A stretch of DNA of 64,000 nt from Bugula neritina (lineage: Eukaryota; Animalia; Bryozoa): the NCBI GenBank assembly GCA_964035545.1, contig OZ037770.1, forward strand, positions 4,558,662-4,622,661, in the 5' to 3' direction. Numbering within the stretch: the first letter of the stretch is position 1; each line of letters begins with the position of its first letter. This document shows positions 62,294 to 64,000 of this stretch, in pieces. Under the pieces are notes generated by a model. That model did no database searches. It was not told the origin of the DNA and saw only the letters and a program-made list of their open reading frames with translations. A program made the translations under genes and the position numbers.

Positions 62294-62637
62294 GTTATGG
62301 AATCTACAGGAGTTACAGATACTAGACATATCAGAGAATAACTTCACCAGTCTATACCATCTTCAGTGTGCAGACTGAAAAAATCTGCTAGAACTCAAGT
62401 TAATCTTCAATGACTGCATGACATCGTTGAATCAGCTGAGATACTATACTGCTAACACATCTTAGTTCTTTATACTAGGTGGTTGTAATGCTCTTACAGC
62501 TCCTCCACTATAAACCTGTAAGAAAGAGGGTTAAATGCTGTGAGACAATACTACACACATTTGGCTAAAGGAGCAGGTAGAAATATTCCATTCGCTACAA
62601 TAACTGTATTGTGAAAGACCAGCTTGCAGAGCACTAA
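62294..62637 (+). pseudogene. Decayed paralogue of the Roco LRR/ROC exon
   Basis: Same acceptor phase as 1259; LWNLQELQILDISENNFTSL, then clear nucleotide similarity to 1300-1620 ('tcctccacta', 'atgctgtg.gacaatactacaca', 'ggtagaaat.ttccatt') with frameshifts, stops and deletions through the P-loop. Confidence 0.85.
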
Positions 62638-63648
62638 TAGCAAGTGGTGTCTGCAGGCTGACAATGTTTGCACATATTAGGCTTATTTTACCATTGTATA
62701 AGTATATGATTTCACCTGTGAAATTTGCCTGGTTTACCTAGCTTATGATGTCATTTCCTGTCACTTTACACTCTTGCAGTGTTTCATTTCACTGTATATC
62801 ATATAATGATTATTTTAATTGATTTGTTTGTTTTGTTTGTTTGATTTGTTTTGATTATTTCAATTATATATAATTGTTATCTATTAATTCAACGTTATTT
62901 ACTAGTTATTTATACCTCACCTACAATCTCAGCGCTAGTTTACTAAATTTTGCTTATATTATTACGGTTCAATTATTTCTGACCAATATATAATGCAAAC
63001 ACCTGTTCTTTCTTTTGAAGGTAATTAGTTGTAATGCTTTTTCTCCGTTAGTCATCAGCATTATTGCCTTTTTCAATTTTTTCATCTAAAATTCAATTTT
63101 ATACTCTATGAATAAATTGTATGTGTTTATTATGAACCAAGTCATTTATGAGTTCTAATAATTACACTCAAACGTAGAACTTTGTTTAGTTTTGAAAGAC
63201 AAATTTATTGTCTAAAAGTTTGAAGCTAAAGAAACTAGTAAAAAGTTTCGATCTTTCATGGCAGCTGGTTGATAGAACATTTCAGCTGTAAAACGTACAT
63301 TTAGGTTGGATAATAAACTTATTATAATTGGCGTGTTTACAATTCTACAAGAAATGGTAAAAGTGTGGCTATACGTTGTGTGACAGCTATAGTTAATGCC
63401 TAATACTTGAATAAATAAAATTCAGTTAGTTTGCACAATTTTTTTAACTATGCTTATTTCTCCCTAAAACTTTGTTAATTTAGTGGTAAACAATTTTCTA
63501 TAGCAGCATATTTTATTGAATGCATAGAAAGGCAAAATATTCTATTGATCTAAAGAACATAATTATACTCCGATATGTGATACAGTATAAATATTATACT
63601 TATTTATATAATTGACAAATGAATACAGCTGCGTAGTGAAAAATAATT

Positions 63649-63700
63649 GCCTGGCTGGGATTCGAACCCGTGACCTCTGGCTAACAAGTACACCACTGGA
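63649..63700 (-). mobile_element. tRNA-derived SINE head / tRNA-like relic
   Basis: Minus strand TCCAGTGG...GGGTTCGAATCCCAGCCAGGC: Pol III B-box in a T-arm hairpin; no full cloverleaf. Confidence 0.5.
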
Positions 63701-64000
63701 CTTCTATAGGTATATTCACATGCAACACTACACATAGATGTGGTTTAAAAGTTTTTGAAAGTATTGTTGATATCCATTATAATAATGAGTATTGACATAG
63801 TTTAGTAAAAGCAGTATTCAGTGACCAATTTTGATAATGTCTCTCTATGTGTTCAAAGTTGCATTTTATGTAACCGTTTCAGAATGAAATTTTGTTCAGT
63901 AGATGCACAGATTTTCAAATTTTACTAGTGGTTATACTTTTACATATTTCATTGTCCTAAATATTATAATATGGATATACAATATATGTATCATTTACTA

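Noticed and set aside
63649-63700. Functional tRNA gene
   Set aside because: Only the B-box/T-arm is clear; no complete cloverleaf.

Overview
AT-rich, intron-containing animal (invertebrate-like) genomic DNA, not prokaryotic. Host genes: (1) a 5'-partial, + strand, 8-exon gene (1259-6249) whose splice phases join an LRR-ROC(GTPase)-COR Roco module in frame to a complete caspase p20/p10 domain with a non-canonical EACSG active site, plus a decayed paralogous exon at ~62.3 kb; (2) a complete 9-exon PRODH2/hydroxyproline-dehydrogenase-like gene (- strand, 36618-42704); (3) the last two exons of RPF1 (- strand); (4) two exons of a single-pass membrane protein carrying an in-frame stop. About 7-35.6 kb is a nested transposon stack. 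An old RTE LINE is split by a 14.47-kb TG..CA insertion (AATT duplication), which itself holds a TIR element and a young intact Copia. The same RTE is also split by an L2/CR1-group LINE, which is in turn split by a Gypsy element. A second Gypsy of the same family lies at 52865-60302. Both Gypsy copies carry an extra, intact, selectively constrained 357-aa zinc-finger/coiled-coil ORF after pol. All calls come from manual reading, translation and recalled family motifs; no database searches were run.
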